Origin: Myxococcota bacterium
Lineage (GTDB): Bacteria; Myxococcota_A; SURF-8
NCBI GenBank assembly: GCA_965140415.1
Contig: OZ223209.1
Coordinates: forward strand, 736,001 to 800,000
Length of the DNA stretch: 64,000 bases
Direction: 5' to 3'
A program made the translations under genes and the position numbers. The notes beneath the pieces were generated by a model. That model was not told where the DNA came from. It ran no database searches and saw only the letters and a program-made list of their open reading frames with translations. Position 1 is the stretch's first letter; every line of letters begins with the position of its first letter. Below, one piece after another: positions 29,125 to 38,134 of the stretch.

Positions 29125-30525
29125 TTATTGTTTCAGTGCAATTACGGCGGAGAGCATCTCATCGACCGTTTGAATCATTTTGGCCGAGGCTTCGAACGCC
29201 CGCTGGTACTGGATTAACGAAATCATTTCCTCATCGACGGATACGCCACTGACCGAAGCGCGATAGGCTTCCGTTTGATCCAACGCGGCCTGCTGATAAT
29301 CGATTTCGGATTCTAACGAGTTGAGGTTATTGGAAATTCTTCCGACCGTGGCCACGAAATACTCGCTGAAGCTCTGGGAGCCCATGGTGGTTTCATCATT
29401 GGCCAGATCCGAAATAGCCAGGGCAATCGTATTGTTGCCATGAGGGGCCAACGGATCGCCCGAGGCGGCGATGCCTTCGGGATTGCCGGTCAGCGCCGCA
29501 CTCAACTGCAACAATCCGGCTGCGCCATTGACGGCGGCAATCGGCTCGAAGAAGTCGCCGCCGGCGTTGCCATTCAAATCGAAACCGGTGGCATGCAGCG
29601 TATTGACGCGATTGGCCAGGTTGAAGGCCATCAGATCCATACGCGATTTGATATCTTCCAAAAATACGTCGCGTTCGTAGATCATGCCGGTCAGGTGACC
29701 GGAGCCGTTGGCTCCCTGCATCTCGGCGGTGATATCGGTTGTGACGCCGCCCACGGTTGTCATTTCGATGCTATAGAGCGGTCCACCTGCTACTGACAAT
29801 TCTCCAACACTGCTTCCTTCCACCATCACGCGGTTGTACAGCAGCGCGTTGATGTTGCCATCGTCATCGGAAAACGTAGTGATATCCAACATCTCGCTCA
29901 ATTCGCGAACCACCTGATCGCGACGATCCAGCAGGTTGCTGGCTTCATCGCCATTGGGATCGGAATACACGGCGATCTGTCGGTTCAAATCCGCCAATTC
30001 GGCAAACAGCTCGTTTGCCTGCGTGACGTTCCCCTCGATATCTAGGTTCAGGTCCAGTTGCATCTGATTCACATTGTCATATGCATTGTTGATGCGGTCT
30101 GCCAGGGTTTGGGCATCTTGCAACACCACTTCGCGTTCGCTGATGCCGGAAATGTTGTTGGACAACTCGTTCCAGCTGTTGAAGAACTCATTGAGCGCGT
30201 TGTTGATGCCGTCGATTTCCAACTCCGGAAAAACCGCTTCCAATTGCTGAGAAACGAACTGACGACCCTCCAGAAATCCAAATTGACCAAGTTGCGCATT
30301 GTTCTGGCGCTCCAAAAATTGGTCGTGAACACGACGAACATCCGCCACCGACGTTCCGACACCGGGCATCATGCCGTTGCCGCCGACCGAGGCGAAGTTT
30401 ACGCGTTTGCGCGAGTATCCGGGTGTACTAGCATTGGAAATATTATCACTGGTGGTCTGCAAAGCGGTCTGGTGCGCGAGCAGGCCGGATCTCGACGTAT
30501 ACAAGATGTCATTGATCGATGCCAT
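29125..30525 (-). CDS. flgK: Hook-associated protein 1
   Basis: NISNASTPGYSR; LLDRRD; SGVSVDEEM..YQRAFEASAK. Confidence 0.95.
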   Translation of the reverse strand: MASINDILYTSRSGLLAHQTALQTTSDNISNASTPGYSRKRVNFASVGGNGMMPGVGTSVADVRRVHDQFLERQNNAQLGQFGFLEGRQFVSQQLEAVFPELEIDGINNALNEFFNSWNELSNNISGISEREVVLQDAQTLADRINNAYDNVNQMQLDLNLDIEGNVTQANELFAELADLNRQIAVYSDPNGDEASNLLDRRDQVVRELSEMLDITTFSDDDGNINALLYNRVMVEGSSVGELSVAGGPLYSIEMTTVGGVTTDITAEMQGANGSGHLTGMIYERDVFLEDIKSRMDLMAFNLANRVNTLHATGFDLNGNAGGDFFEPIAAVNGAAGLLQLSAALTGNPEGIAASGDPLAPHGNNTIALAISDLANDETTMGSQSFSEYFVATVGRISNNLNSLESEIDYQQAALDQTEAYRASVSGVSVDEEMISLIQYQRAFEASAKMIQTVDEMLSAVIALKQ

Positions 30526-30536
30526 GATTGATGTCC

Positions 30537-31052
30537 TTATGCACGGCTGTTCAACGAAGACAACTGCGCAATCTCCTGGTTGATAACACCGCCGGCGGAA
30601 TAGGTTTCGGAGGCAAAGAAGCGACGCTTCAGAAATGCCACGGAGCCTTTCACCGAGCGAATGGAGAATTCAATCAGGCGCTGGTTGATTTCGTTGAGTT
30701 CCTGTATGGACTCAATCAGGGCTTTCAATGTTACATGTACTTTTTCAAGTTTCTTTCCCAGTTCTCCATCGATCACTTCACATAATGCCGACAGAGGTGG
30801 GTCCGACTCCTCAAAGCCCAGTTCCTTGGCCAACCGCGCCGTCAAATCCTGGCGGCCTTGGTCCAGATAGGAGTGCTGGAGTACGAGGAGTTCCTTCCTT
30901 TTGGTTTGTTCCTCCAATGCTTTAGGCTGGAAGCGAACGAGAAATTCTCGCTCGTCCTGCATAATTTCGAGGAGGTTTTCCAGGAGAGACGCCTCTTGCT
31001 CCAGGACTACCTTCAGTTCCAATCCAAGTTTTGTTACTTTGACATTCATCAT
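30537..31052 (-). CDS. flgN: Flagellar export chaperone
   Basis: Helical protein between flgM and flgK; LNEINQRLI..TYS motif. Confidence 0.8.
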   Translation of the reverse strand: MMNVKVTKLGLELKVVLEQEASLLENLLEIMQDEREFLVRFQPKALEEQTKRKELLVLQHSYLDQGRQDLTARLAKELGFEESDPPLSALCEVIDGELGKKLEKVHVTLKALIESIQELNEINQRLIEFSIRSVKGSVAFLKRRFFASETYSAGGVINQEIAQLSSLNSRA

Positions 31053-31083
31053 TCACCGCCGTTGCGGCCATGCCTTGAGGCGT

Positions 31084-31392
31084 CTAGAACCCTTGAAAAT
31101 CCTGCTCTTCTTCGATCATCTTCTCTGCGATCAAGACGGGGTCCGGGTTGTATTCGCCGTCAGCGATGGCCTGTTTCAGGCTGGCGACCCGTTGCTCGTC
31201 TACGACCGAACTGTTATTTGCCAGTTTGGTGAATTCCTGGGCTTTTGCTTTTTCAAGCGCCGCCGAGGAAACGTCAACACGATCCTGCACCCTGTTTAGC
31301 TGTCCACCTTCTTCTTCATGAAGACGGGCGGGTTCGGCTGCGGGTGGCTTCTGGATCGAAGCGATTTGCTGGCTCTTGTTTGTAATCTTCAT
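31084..31392 (-). CDS. flgM: Anti-sigma28 factor
   Basis: DRVDVS; RVASLKQAIADGEY..IAEKMI. Confidence 0.9.
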   Translation of the reverse strand: MKITNKSQQIASIQKPPAAEPARLHEEEGGQLNRVQDRVDVSSAALEKAKAQEFTKLANNSSVVDEQRVASLKQAIADGEYNPDPVLIAEKMIEEEQDFQGF

Positions 31393-31444
31393 CTCTTTCA
31401 CCAATCACGGTTTGGAAACCGCCTTTAATCACGTTCTAACCGAT

Positions 31445-31471
31445 AATTCGGCTCAGAAACGAACATCTTTA
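31445..31471 (-). promoter_or_regulatory. sigma28 (FliA) promoter
   Basis: TAAA-N15-GCCGAATT upstream of flgM. Confidence 0.8.
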
Positions 31472-31545
31472 GCATTTTCCACTCAATTGATGAAATTGCT
31501 TATTTGCCAACGGTCCCCCGCCGTGGCCAGCATATCGCCCGGCAC

Positions 31546-32358
31546 CTAATAATCCAGGTACGTATCCGGGTTGATGGGTCTGCCATCCTTTTGAATTTCA
31601 AAGTGCAAGTGCGGTCCGGTGGACCGTCCTGTATTTCCACTGCGCGCGAGTACCTGACCCTGTCGGACCCGGTCTCCCGCTTCTACATTGATTGAGTCCA
31701 AGTGACCGTAAATAGTACGGTATCCCTTGGCGTGCTCGACGATTACGACCTTGCCGTAGCCGCCTTTTTCTCCGGCGAAGATCACCTGTCCGGCCTTGGA
31801 AGAAGCCACCGGAGTTCCTACCGGAACCGCTAGGTCGACACCGTCATGCATGCCCATTTGACCGGTGATCGGATGCTCGCGCATACCGAAAGGCGAAGAA
31901 ATCGGTCCGGACAGCGGCGCAACAAAACGATTGAGCTGGCGATCCAGATGTGCCGGAAGTTGACCGACACCGGAAAGCAGGCCGTATTCGGACTGAACCC
32001 CGGCAGTTGCGGACGTATCGCTCGGCTCTTCGATGCCGAATTGTTCCATCAGCATGTCGGCGATGCCGAACTTGCGCTGGCTGGCCATGATCTGGGAGTA
32101 TTCGCTATCGAGCATCGACTGGTAAATCGTGCGCGAACTGCTGCTCGGATCGCCGAAAACGTCTGATTCTTCAACGGTTTTTCGCATCGAATCGAGCAGC
32201 GACTTAATGAACATGGATTCGAACTTGACCGCTTCCTTGGTGAAGGCGGAATGATCGGAGCTATCCTCACCGGCGAGGCGCTGCAAACGCTCCGCCATCC
32301 CACCGGCTTGCGCCGCCTGGGCTTGATCGAGGTGAACTTGTCCGATATCCTTAGTCAT
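31546..32358 (-). CDS. flgJ: FlgJ rod-binding domain fused to an M23 peptidase
   Basis: FESMFIKSLLDSMRKT..YQSMLD..GIADML rod-cap domain; HDGVD and GPHLHFE M23 zinc motifs. Confidence 0.88.
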   Translation of the reverse strand: MTKDIGQVHLDQAQAAQAGGMAERLQRLAGEDSSDHSAFTKEAVKFESMFIKSLLDSMRKTVEESDVFGDPSSSSRTIYQSMLDSEYSQIMASQRKFGIADMLMEQFGIEEPSDTSATAGVQSEYGLLSGVGQLPAHLDRQLNRFVAPLSGPISSPFGMREHPITGQMGMHDGVDLAVPVGTPVASSKAGQVIFAGEKGGYGKVVIVEHAKGYRTIYGHLDSINVEAGDRVRQGQVLARSGNTGRSTGPHLHFEIQKDGRPINPDTYLDY

Positions 32359-32379
32359 TTCCTATGCTTCCAATTCAAG

Positions 32380-33516
32380 CTAAATGATTTCCAGTTCCGC
32401 TTCCAAGGCTCCCGCCGCTTTGATGGCTTGCAGGATATTGATCAGGTCGCGCGGGGAAACTCCCATCGCGTTTAGAGCCATAACGACTTCGCCGATATTC
32501 GTGCCGCCCTGCACCACCTGCAACTGGCCACCTTCTTCCACTGCGGAAATATTGCTTTCCGGTGTGACCACCGTTTCGCCGGTCGGCGAGAATGGTGCGG
32601 GTTGAGATACGTTGAATGAGTTGAAAATATTGACTTTTAAGCTTCCGTGACTGATCGCGATAGTCGAAATGCGTACTTCCGAACCCATGACCACCGTGCC
32701 TGTGCGCTCATTTAATACGACCTTGGCGCGTCGGTCGGTCTGTACGTTCAAGGTTTCGATCGAGGCGACCAGCTCCACCACCCGGCTGTTGTATTCCTCC
32801 GGCACCTGCACGACTACCGCTCCGGCGTCGCGCGCTTTGGAATAGGAACCGTTTAAATAGGTGTTGATGGTGTCGGAAATGCGAATCGCGGTGGTGAAAT
32901 CCTGAGTCAGCAGACTGAGCACCACCTGCTCGCGGTCGTTGAAATCAAAGGCGATTTCCCGTTCGATGCTCGCACCGTTGGGAATGCGGGCGACCGTTGG
33001 GTGATTCTTGGTTACCGAAGAGCCACCGCCGCCGCCGAAAGAATATCCGCCCAGCGACAACGGCCCTTGCGCCATGGAGTAGATTTCGCCGTCGGCACCG
33101 CGCATCGGAGTCAGTAACAAGGTGCCGCCGACCAGGCTTTTTGCATTACCGATGGAGGAAATCTGCACGTCGATCTGATTTCCGACGGCAGCGAAGGGCG
33201 GCAGAGTACCGGTGACCATGACCGCTGCGACGTTTTTCAGCTTGATATCTTTCGGATCGACACGCACGCCCATGCGGCTCAACATCGAAGCCAGCGATTG
33301 AATGGTGAACAGCACCTTCTGATCGTCGCCGGTTTGATTCAGGCCGACCACCAGGCCATAGCCGATCAACTGGTTGCTACGCACACCCTGTACGTGGGTG
33401 ATGTCCTTCAGCCGCGAGGCTTCCAGCGGCGCAGCACTGATCAACAGACCCAGAATCAATGCCAGTGGCAGTGCCTGTTTCAGTAAACCCTTGATTTTAT
33501 TTTGACATCCTGTCAT
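32380..33516 (-). CDS. flgI: Flagellar P-ring protein
   Basis: RLKDI..GVRSNQLIGYGLVVGL; KNVAAVMVT; LQAIKAAGAL. Confidence 0.97.
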   Translation of the reverse strand: MTGCQNKIKGLLKQALPLALILGLLISAAPLEASRLKDITHVQGVRSNQLIGYGLVVGLNQTGDDQKVLFTIQSLASMLSRMGVRVDPKDIKLKNVAAVMVTGTLPPFAAVGNQIDVQISSIGNAKSLVGGTLLLTPMRGADGEIYSMAQGPLSLGGYSFGGGGGSSVTKNHPTVARIPNGASIEREIAFDFNDREQVVLSLLTQDFTTAIRISDTINTYLNGSYSKARDAGAVVVQVPEEYNSRVVELVASIETLNVQTDRRAKVVLNERTGTVVMGSEVRISTIAISHGSLKVNIFNSFNVSQPAPFSPTGETVVTPESNISAVEEGGQLQVVQGGTNIGEVVMALNAMGVSPRDLINILQAIKAAGALEAELEII

Positions 33517-33530
33517 TTGCGTCTCATCCC

Positions 33531-34238
33531 TTAGAACGGCCAGATATAATCGAGGGCGCGGCTACCCCAGCCGGGCCGATTCTTTTCCGTCACGACGCCA
33601 CGCCCGGTGAATTCGATCTGGGCATCGGCGATCAGCGATGAACTGATGGAGTTATTCCGGTCGATGTCGTGCGGGCGAATGATGCCCGAGACATAGAAAT
33701 GCGCTTCTTCGTTATTCACCAGAATGACCCGGTGACCTTCGATGAACAGGTTGCCGTCGGGCAGTTCGGTGCGGATCTGAGCCGGAACGGTGGCGATGAC
33801 TTTTCCTGCGCGGCTGGTTTTACCACCGCCGTCGAAGTCGGACTTGAAGACCGAACCCAATAGATTCTTGCGGTCGAAGTTGGGATTCGCCTCTTCAAAG
33901 AGCTTCAAGGCACCCATCAGGTTGTCGATTTGCGCCGAGATCTGCGAATCTTTGCCCAACTGAGTCTGCGCGGATTGATTGGCGGTGCTGTTTTCTTCGA
34001 TGCGCACCACAACGATGTCGTTGATTTGACTGGCGCGCGGATCGGTGAACAGGCGATTGTACGAGTCGCGCTGGGACCAGATCGCACCATCGGCACGCAG
34101 GCGATACTCGGGCACCACCTGCTGATCGGGTCGATATTCACGACGCTTCTGCTCGTAGGGCGCGATATGGTTGACACAACCGCCTAAAAAGGCCGCGATC
34201 AACACCAACAATATGATTTTACTTGTATGTCTCATCAT
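33531..34238 (-). CDS. flgH: Flagellar L-ring lipoprotein
   Basis: LGG-C lipobox; LFTDPRA; GIIRPHDI..IADAQI; terminal WPF. Confidence 0.95.
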   Translation of the reverse strand: MMRHTSKIILLVLIAAFLGGCVNHIAPYEQKRREYRPDQQVVPEYRLRADGAIWSQRDSYNRLFTDPRASQINDIVVVRIEENSTANQSAQTQLGKDSQISAQIDNLMGALKLFEEANPNFDRKNLLGSVFKSDFDGGGKTSRAGKVIATVPAQIRTELPDGNLFIEGHRVILVNNEEAHFYVSGIIRPHDIDRNNSISSSLIADAQIEFTGRGVVTEKNRPGWGSRALDYIWPF

Positions 34239-34253
34239 AACCGTACCATTCCG

Positions 34254-35276
34254 TTAAAATAAGACCTGAACTTCTTCCGGTCGCGTAACCCGACCGTAGA
34301 CCACTTTATCCGAAGAAACGTTGAGCACTTTGATTGTCTGATTCAGTTTACCGTCCTGTTGGGCGATGCCCTTGGCTTCCAGACGCATCGTGCTGGTTTC
34401 CACTACCAGACTCACCATGTCTCCGCGCTTGATCACTTCCGGCGCATCGACCAGGTTTTCCGTCAACAGCATGCCGGGCGTCAAAGGTGCAGTAGCCACC
34501 ATGCCGATGGCGCTCTCCGCTTTGAGCAGCACGGTACGCGGCGCGTTGGACAACTCGATTTCCTGAAGTTCGATGTCTGCCGGTCCGATCGGTTGGCCAC
34601 GCTCGACTTTGTTCACCACCCGCAGCGCATCGCCTTTGATGGCCACGTCGCCGCTGATGTAAAAGTCTTTGTATTTCTGCTTGTTTACGGTCACCGTCAC
34701 TTTGGCGGTTGCGCGACCACGGAAGGTTTCGGAAGGCATGAAGCCGATTTCAATTTCGCTTGGGCCACTGGGAATCAGCAAGTCCTGATTCAGGTTCAGG
34801 CTTTTGACTTCCACCCGATTCGAAGGCACTTTGGCCTGACGCAGCACGGCATCGGTGAACAGTTTCTTCAATTGCTCGACCTTGATGCGCCGCACATCGC
34901 GTCGTACGGAGACCTGCTGCGGAATTTTCCAGCTTCCTTCTTTGGCGTAGGCCAATAACATTTTCCGAATGAAACGTTCGTTGTAGATCTTGGTGTTGCC
35001 CGGTTGCGGGGAACGGGAGAGGTAAATGCGCTCGATGCGGCTGCGTTCCTGATCGCTGAAGCCATTGACTTCGGCGATGTGTTTGAGCAGCACGTGATCG
35101 CCATGCACCACGGCGGAATCGTGTACGACCACCGTTCCTTTGGGCGGTTGCTTCTGGGCCAGCTTGCCTGCGCTGTCGCCGGTGGGCAATGTGCTGGCCA
35201 ATGGAGCCGCCACTGCCGCCGCCTGCAACAGGCATAAGGTGACCAGGCTGATGAATAGCGATGAGAGTCGCATCAC
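34254..35276 (-). CDS. flgA: P-ring assembly chaperone
   Basis: Signal peptide; VIKRGDMV..AQQDG..IKVLN; lies between flgG and flgH. Confidence 0.9.
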   Translation of the reverse strand: MMRLSSLFISLVTLCLLQAAAVAAPLASTLPTGDSAGKLAQKQPPKGTVVVHDSAVVHGDHVLLKHIAEVNGFSDQERSRIERIYLSRSPQPGNTKIYNERFIRKMLLAYAKEGSWKIPQQVSVRRDVRRIKVEQLKKLFTDAVLRQAKVPSNRVEVKSLNLNQDLLIPSGPSEIEIGFMPSETFRGRATAKVTVTVNKQKYKDFYISGDVAIKGDALRVVNKVERGQPIGPADIELQEIELSNAPRTVLLKAESAIGMVATAPLTPGMLLTENLVDAPEVIKRGDMVSLVVETSTMRLEAKGIAQQDGKLNQTIKVLNVSSDKVVYGRVTRPEEVQVLF

Positions 35277-35290
35277 GAATCTCCTACGGG

Positions 35291-36076
35291 TTAACGCATC
35301 TGCGTGACGTTACGCAGCATCTGATCGGCGGTCTGGATGACCTTGGAGTTGATCTCGTAGGCGCGCTGCCCGGCGATCATCTCGATCATCTCTTCCACCA
35401 CTTTTACGTTCGATGTTTCTAAAAATCCCTGCGACAAGGTTCCCAGTCCTTCCTGTCCTGGGGTGGCGGTAAGCGCCTGCCCGCTGGCGGTGCTGGGACG
35501 ATAGTAGCCGCGACCGATGGCTTCCAGACCGGCTGCATTGACGAAGCTGGAAAGCTGAATGCTTCCAATCTCTTGAGAGTCGGTTTGTCCGGCCAGATTC
35601 ACGCTGACGGTGCCGTCTTCACCGATGGTGATGGCGGTGGCGTCTTCCGGAATCGTGATCGAGGGATCGAGCAGGTAGCCGTCGGTGGTGACCATCTGGC
35701 CCTGGCTGTCGGCCTTGAACGATCCGGCGCGGGTGTACAGCGTTTCACCGGTGGGGCTTTGCACGCTGAAGAATCCGTCGCCTTCAATGGCCAGATCCAG
35801 AGGATTGCTGGTGTTTTTGTATTCGCCCTGGCTGAAGATGCGCTGGGCGGAAACGGCGCGGGTTCCCTGACCGATCTGCAAACCGGTCGGCGTTTCGAAT
35901 CCTGCGGCTACCGAGGTTCCCGGCGCGCGGATGGTGCGGTACATCAGATCCTGGAAATCACCACGGGTTTTCTTGAAGCCGGTGGTGTTCACGTTGGCCA
36001 GGTTGTTGGCGATGATGTCGATCATGATCTGCTGGGCTTCCATACCCGTTGCGGCGGTGTTCAGTGCTCCGATCAT
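35291..36076 (-). CDS. flgG: Distal rod protein
   Basis: IANNLANVNTTGFK; FQDLMY; LETSNV..QRAYEINSK. Confidence 0.97.
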   Translation of the reverse strand: MIGALNTAATGMEAQQIMIDIIANNLANVNTTGFKKTRGDFQDLMYRTIRAPGTSVAAGFETPTGLQIGQGTRAVSAQRIFSQGEYKNTSNPLDLAIEGDGFFSVQSPTGETLYTRAGSFKADSQGQMVTTDGYLLDPSITIPEDATAITIGEDGTVSVNLAGQTDSQEIGSIQLSSFVNAAGLEAIGRGYYRPSTASGQALTATPGQEGLGTLSQGFLETSNVKVVEEMIEMIAGQRAYEINSKVIQTADQMLRNVTQMR

Positions 36077-36102
36077 GGTGAATCTCCTTTGTTAAAAAGT
36101 CC

Positions 36103-36888
36103 TTACCGGGATATCGCGCCGACATCCTGGATGGAACGTTGGTCCATATCCCGATAGGCCGTAACGGCGCGGTTCATGATCTCGAAGTGACGGTTCACCT
36201 GGATCATGCGGGTCATCTCTTTTACGGCATTGACGTTGGAGCTTTCTAAAAATCCCTGCCGGATGGCGTGCTCCACTTCCACCGGGGGATTATCTTGATT
36301 GTTGTAGCTGAACAGGCTCTGCCCGGCTTTCTGAATGTCCTTGGTGCTGGGCAGATCCATTACACCCAAGGTTGCGATGGTCTGCTCGCCTTGAGTGATC
36401 TGGCCGACTTCATCGATGCTGATCGGACCCTGATCGCTGACGGTGATCGGTGATCCGCCGTCATCGAGAATGCGTCCACCGGTGACGTGCAGTAAATCGC
36501 CATCTTCATTAATAAGCATGCGACCGTCACGCGTGTAATACGTTTCATCGTTTTGTTGGACCTGTAAAAAGCCGCGTCCTTGAATGGCGACATCCAATGC
36601 GTTGTTGGTTGGTTTGAGGTTTCCGTCTTGAAAATTGATATGCCGTCCCTTGACTTCCACATAGTTCTGATTGCGACGGGCCAGATTGGTTGCGGCGGAG
36701 GGGCGTTCCATTTCCAGGATTCCGCCTTCCTGCCCGGCCTGCATACTCTCTGCAATGTAATTGCCGAACTGTAACTCGTCGGCTTTGTATCCAACGGTGG
36801 AAACATTGGCCAGGTTGTTTGCGATGACGTCCAGATACTGGCTTTGAACCAGGGCTCCGTTTGCTGCGCTGTATATTCCGTTTCCCAT
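36103..36888 (-). CDS. flgF: Proximal rod protein
   Basis: IANNLANVSTVGYK; YTRDG; LESSNVNAVKEM; upstream of flgG. Confidence 0.92.
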   Translation of the reverse strand: MGNGIYSAANGALVQSQYLDVIANNLANVSTVGYKADELQFGNYIAESMQAGQEGGILEMERPSAATNLARRNQNYVEVKGRHINFQDGNLKPTNNALDVAIQGRGFLQVQQNDETYYTRDGRMLINEDGDLLHVTGGRILDDGGSPITVSDQGPISIDEVGQITQGEQTIATLGVMDLPSTKDIQKAGQSLFSYNNQDNPPVEVEHAIRQGFLESSNVNAVKEMTRMIQVNRHFEIMNRAVTAYRDMDQRSIQDVGAISR

Positions 36889-36947
36889 CTGGCACTCCTT
36901 TCAAACCGGACTGTCTCTGAAAACGGGACAATCCTCAACCTGAAGGA

Positions 36948-36965
36948 TTGCACAGGTTATGCCAA
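36948..36965 (-). promoter_or_regulatory. sigma54 promoter of the flgF operon
   Basis: TTGGCATAACCTGTGCAA: GG-N10-GC, 60 nt upstream of flgF. Confidence 0.75.
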
Positions 36966-37295
36966 CTGTGTTTTATGTCGGGAGCCGTGGAAGCCTTGAC
37001 ACTTGAAACAGGGTGGACTGACATGCTAATCCTAGTAATATTAACTGGTTATGTGTGTTCTGGCGAAAATCGGTCAGACGAAGCACGGTAGACTGTCAGC
37101 TTGGGAAGCGTCAGGATCTCGTCGGCAGAAAAAAGGCAGGGCTGGGAATTTGGCTGTGGCACTCGGAAAAATCTGCCCAGTGAATGGTCGATCTTTCCGG
37201 GCGCAGATGCAACTATTTAAATAGCCGGAAGCATGCCGGTGTAGTTGGGTCTCTTGTCTAACTATTTAATATCACAAAGTATTTATAGTCGTCCA

Positions 37296-37325
37296 TTGAC
37301 AAGGCTGGCGCAAAGAGAGTATGAT
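37296..37325 (+). promoter_or_regulatory. sigma70-type promoter upstream of fliJ
   Basis: TTGACA-N18-TATGAT with an AT-rich upstream tract. Confidence 0.55.
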
Positions 37326-37448
37326 TTGAGATGGTATCAACGCCCTGTAGGCTGGTAGCTTGTGGCTCTGGTACTGTTTTTGCACGCTTTTCTCCCCGTT
37401 CCGGCGGTTGGCGTCGGGAAGCTTGTTGACCGGCCATGAGGGCGTAGG

Positions 37449-37904
37449 ATGCGACGATTCAAATTCCGCTTCGAGCCGCTGTTGTTCAAACGCCAGACCC
37501 TGGTGGAACAGGCGCAACAGGAACTCGGCAAGCAGCGGCAGATTCTGGAGCAATACCAGCAGCAATTGCAGGACACCTTCGACGAATTGCGTCGCACGCG
37601 GCTGGATGCCAGCCAGGGACCGCTAACTCCGCACAAGCTACAGATCCACAACAATTATAGACGTCGCCTGGAAGACCTGGTGGATCAGTTCCGCAAGCAG
37701 GTGCGCGAACAGAGCAAGGTCGTCGACAATGCCAAGAAAAAGCTGTTGCAATTACATATGGACAAAGAAGTCGTGGAGCGTTTGAAAGAACGCGAGCGGG
37801 TGTCCTACTTAAAGGAAATGTCGCAGCAGGAAATGAAGCAACTTGACGAATTCGGCTCGATTCGCTTCAACGGAAAGAAAGCCGCCAGATCGGAAGGCAA
37901 CTGA
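37449..37904 (+). CDS. fliJ: Flagellar export protein FliJ
   Basis: MRRFKFRFEPLL..EQAQQEL; ERLKE..EMKQLDE; 151-aa coiled coil. Confidence 0.85.
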   Translation: MRRFKFRFEPLLFKRQTLVEQAQQELGKQRQILEQYQQQLQDTFDELRRTRLDASQGPLTPHKLQIHNNYRRRLEDLVDQFRKQVREQSKVVDNAKKKLLQLHMDKEVVERLKERERVSYLKEMSQQEMKQLDEFGSIRFNGKKAARSEGN

Positions 37905-37966
37905 GCCTATCTTCTTTCTCGATTCAAGAAACCCCTATTGCTAAAATAGCATCCGACCTAGCCAAC

Positions 37967-38059
37967 GTGTGGCATGGGTCAAGCGGAGTGAAACGAAGCT
38001 TGCCCATGTGGTCTCGAACACGGGCAAACCTGCGGTTTGGCCCGCGCCACCCTGAAATC
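37967..38059. repeat. Family B REP doublet, copy B3
   Basis: Homologous to B1 and B2; compensatory change in the right hairpin (AAACC-TGC-GGTTT vs AAGCC-TGC-GGCTT). Confidence 0.85.
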
Positions 38060-38072
38060 AACGAGTGTTTTT

Positions 38073-38097
38073 CGGCGGGCTTACGCTCCGCCGCTAC
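38073..38097 (-). repeat. Single GTAG-type REP
   Basis: GTAG-CGGCGG-AGCGTAAGC-CCGCCG. Confidence 0.6.
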
Positions 38098-38134
38098 GGG
38101 ATTCTTGAAACCCTATTGCTAAATATTACCTGGC

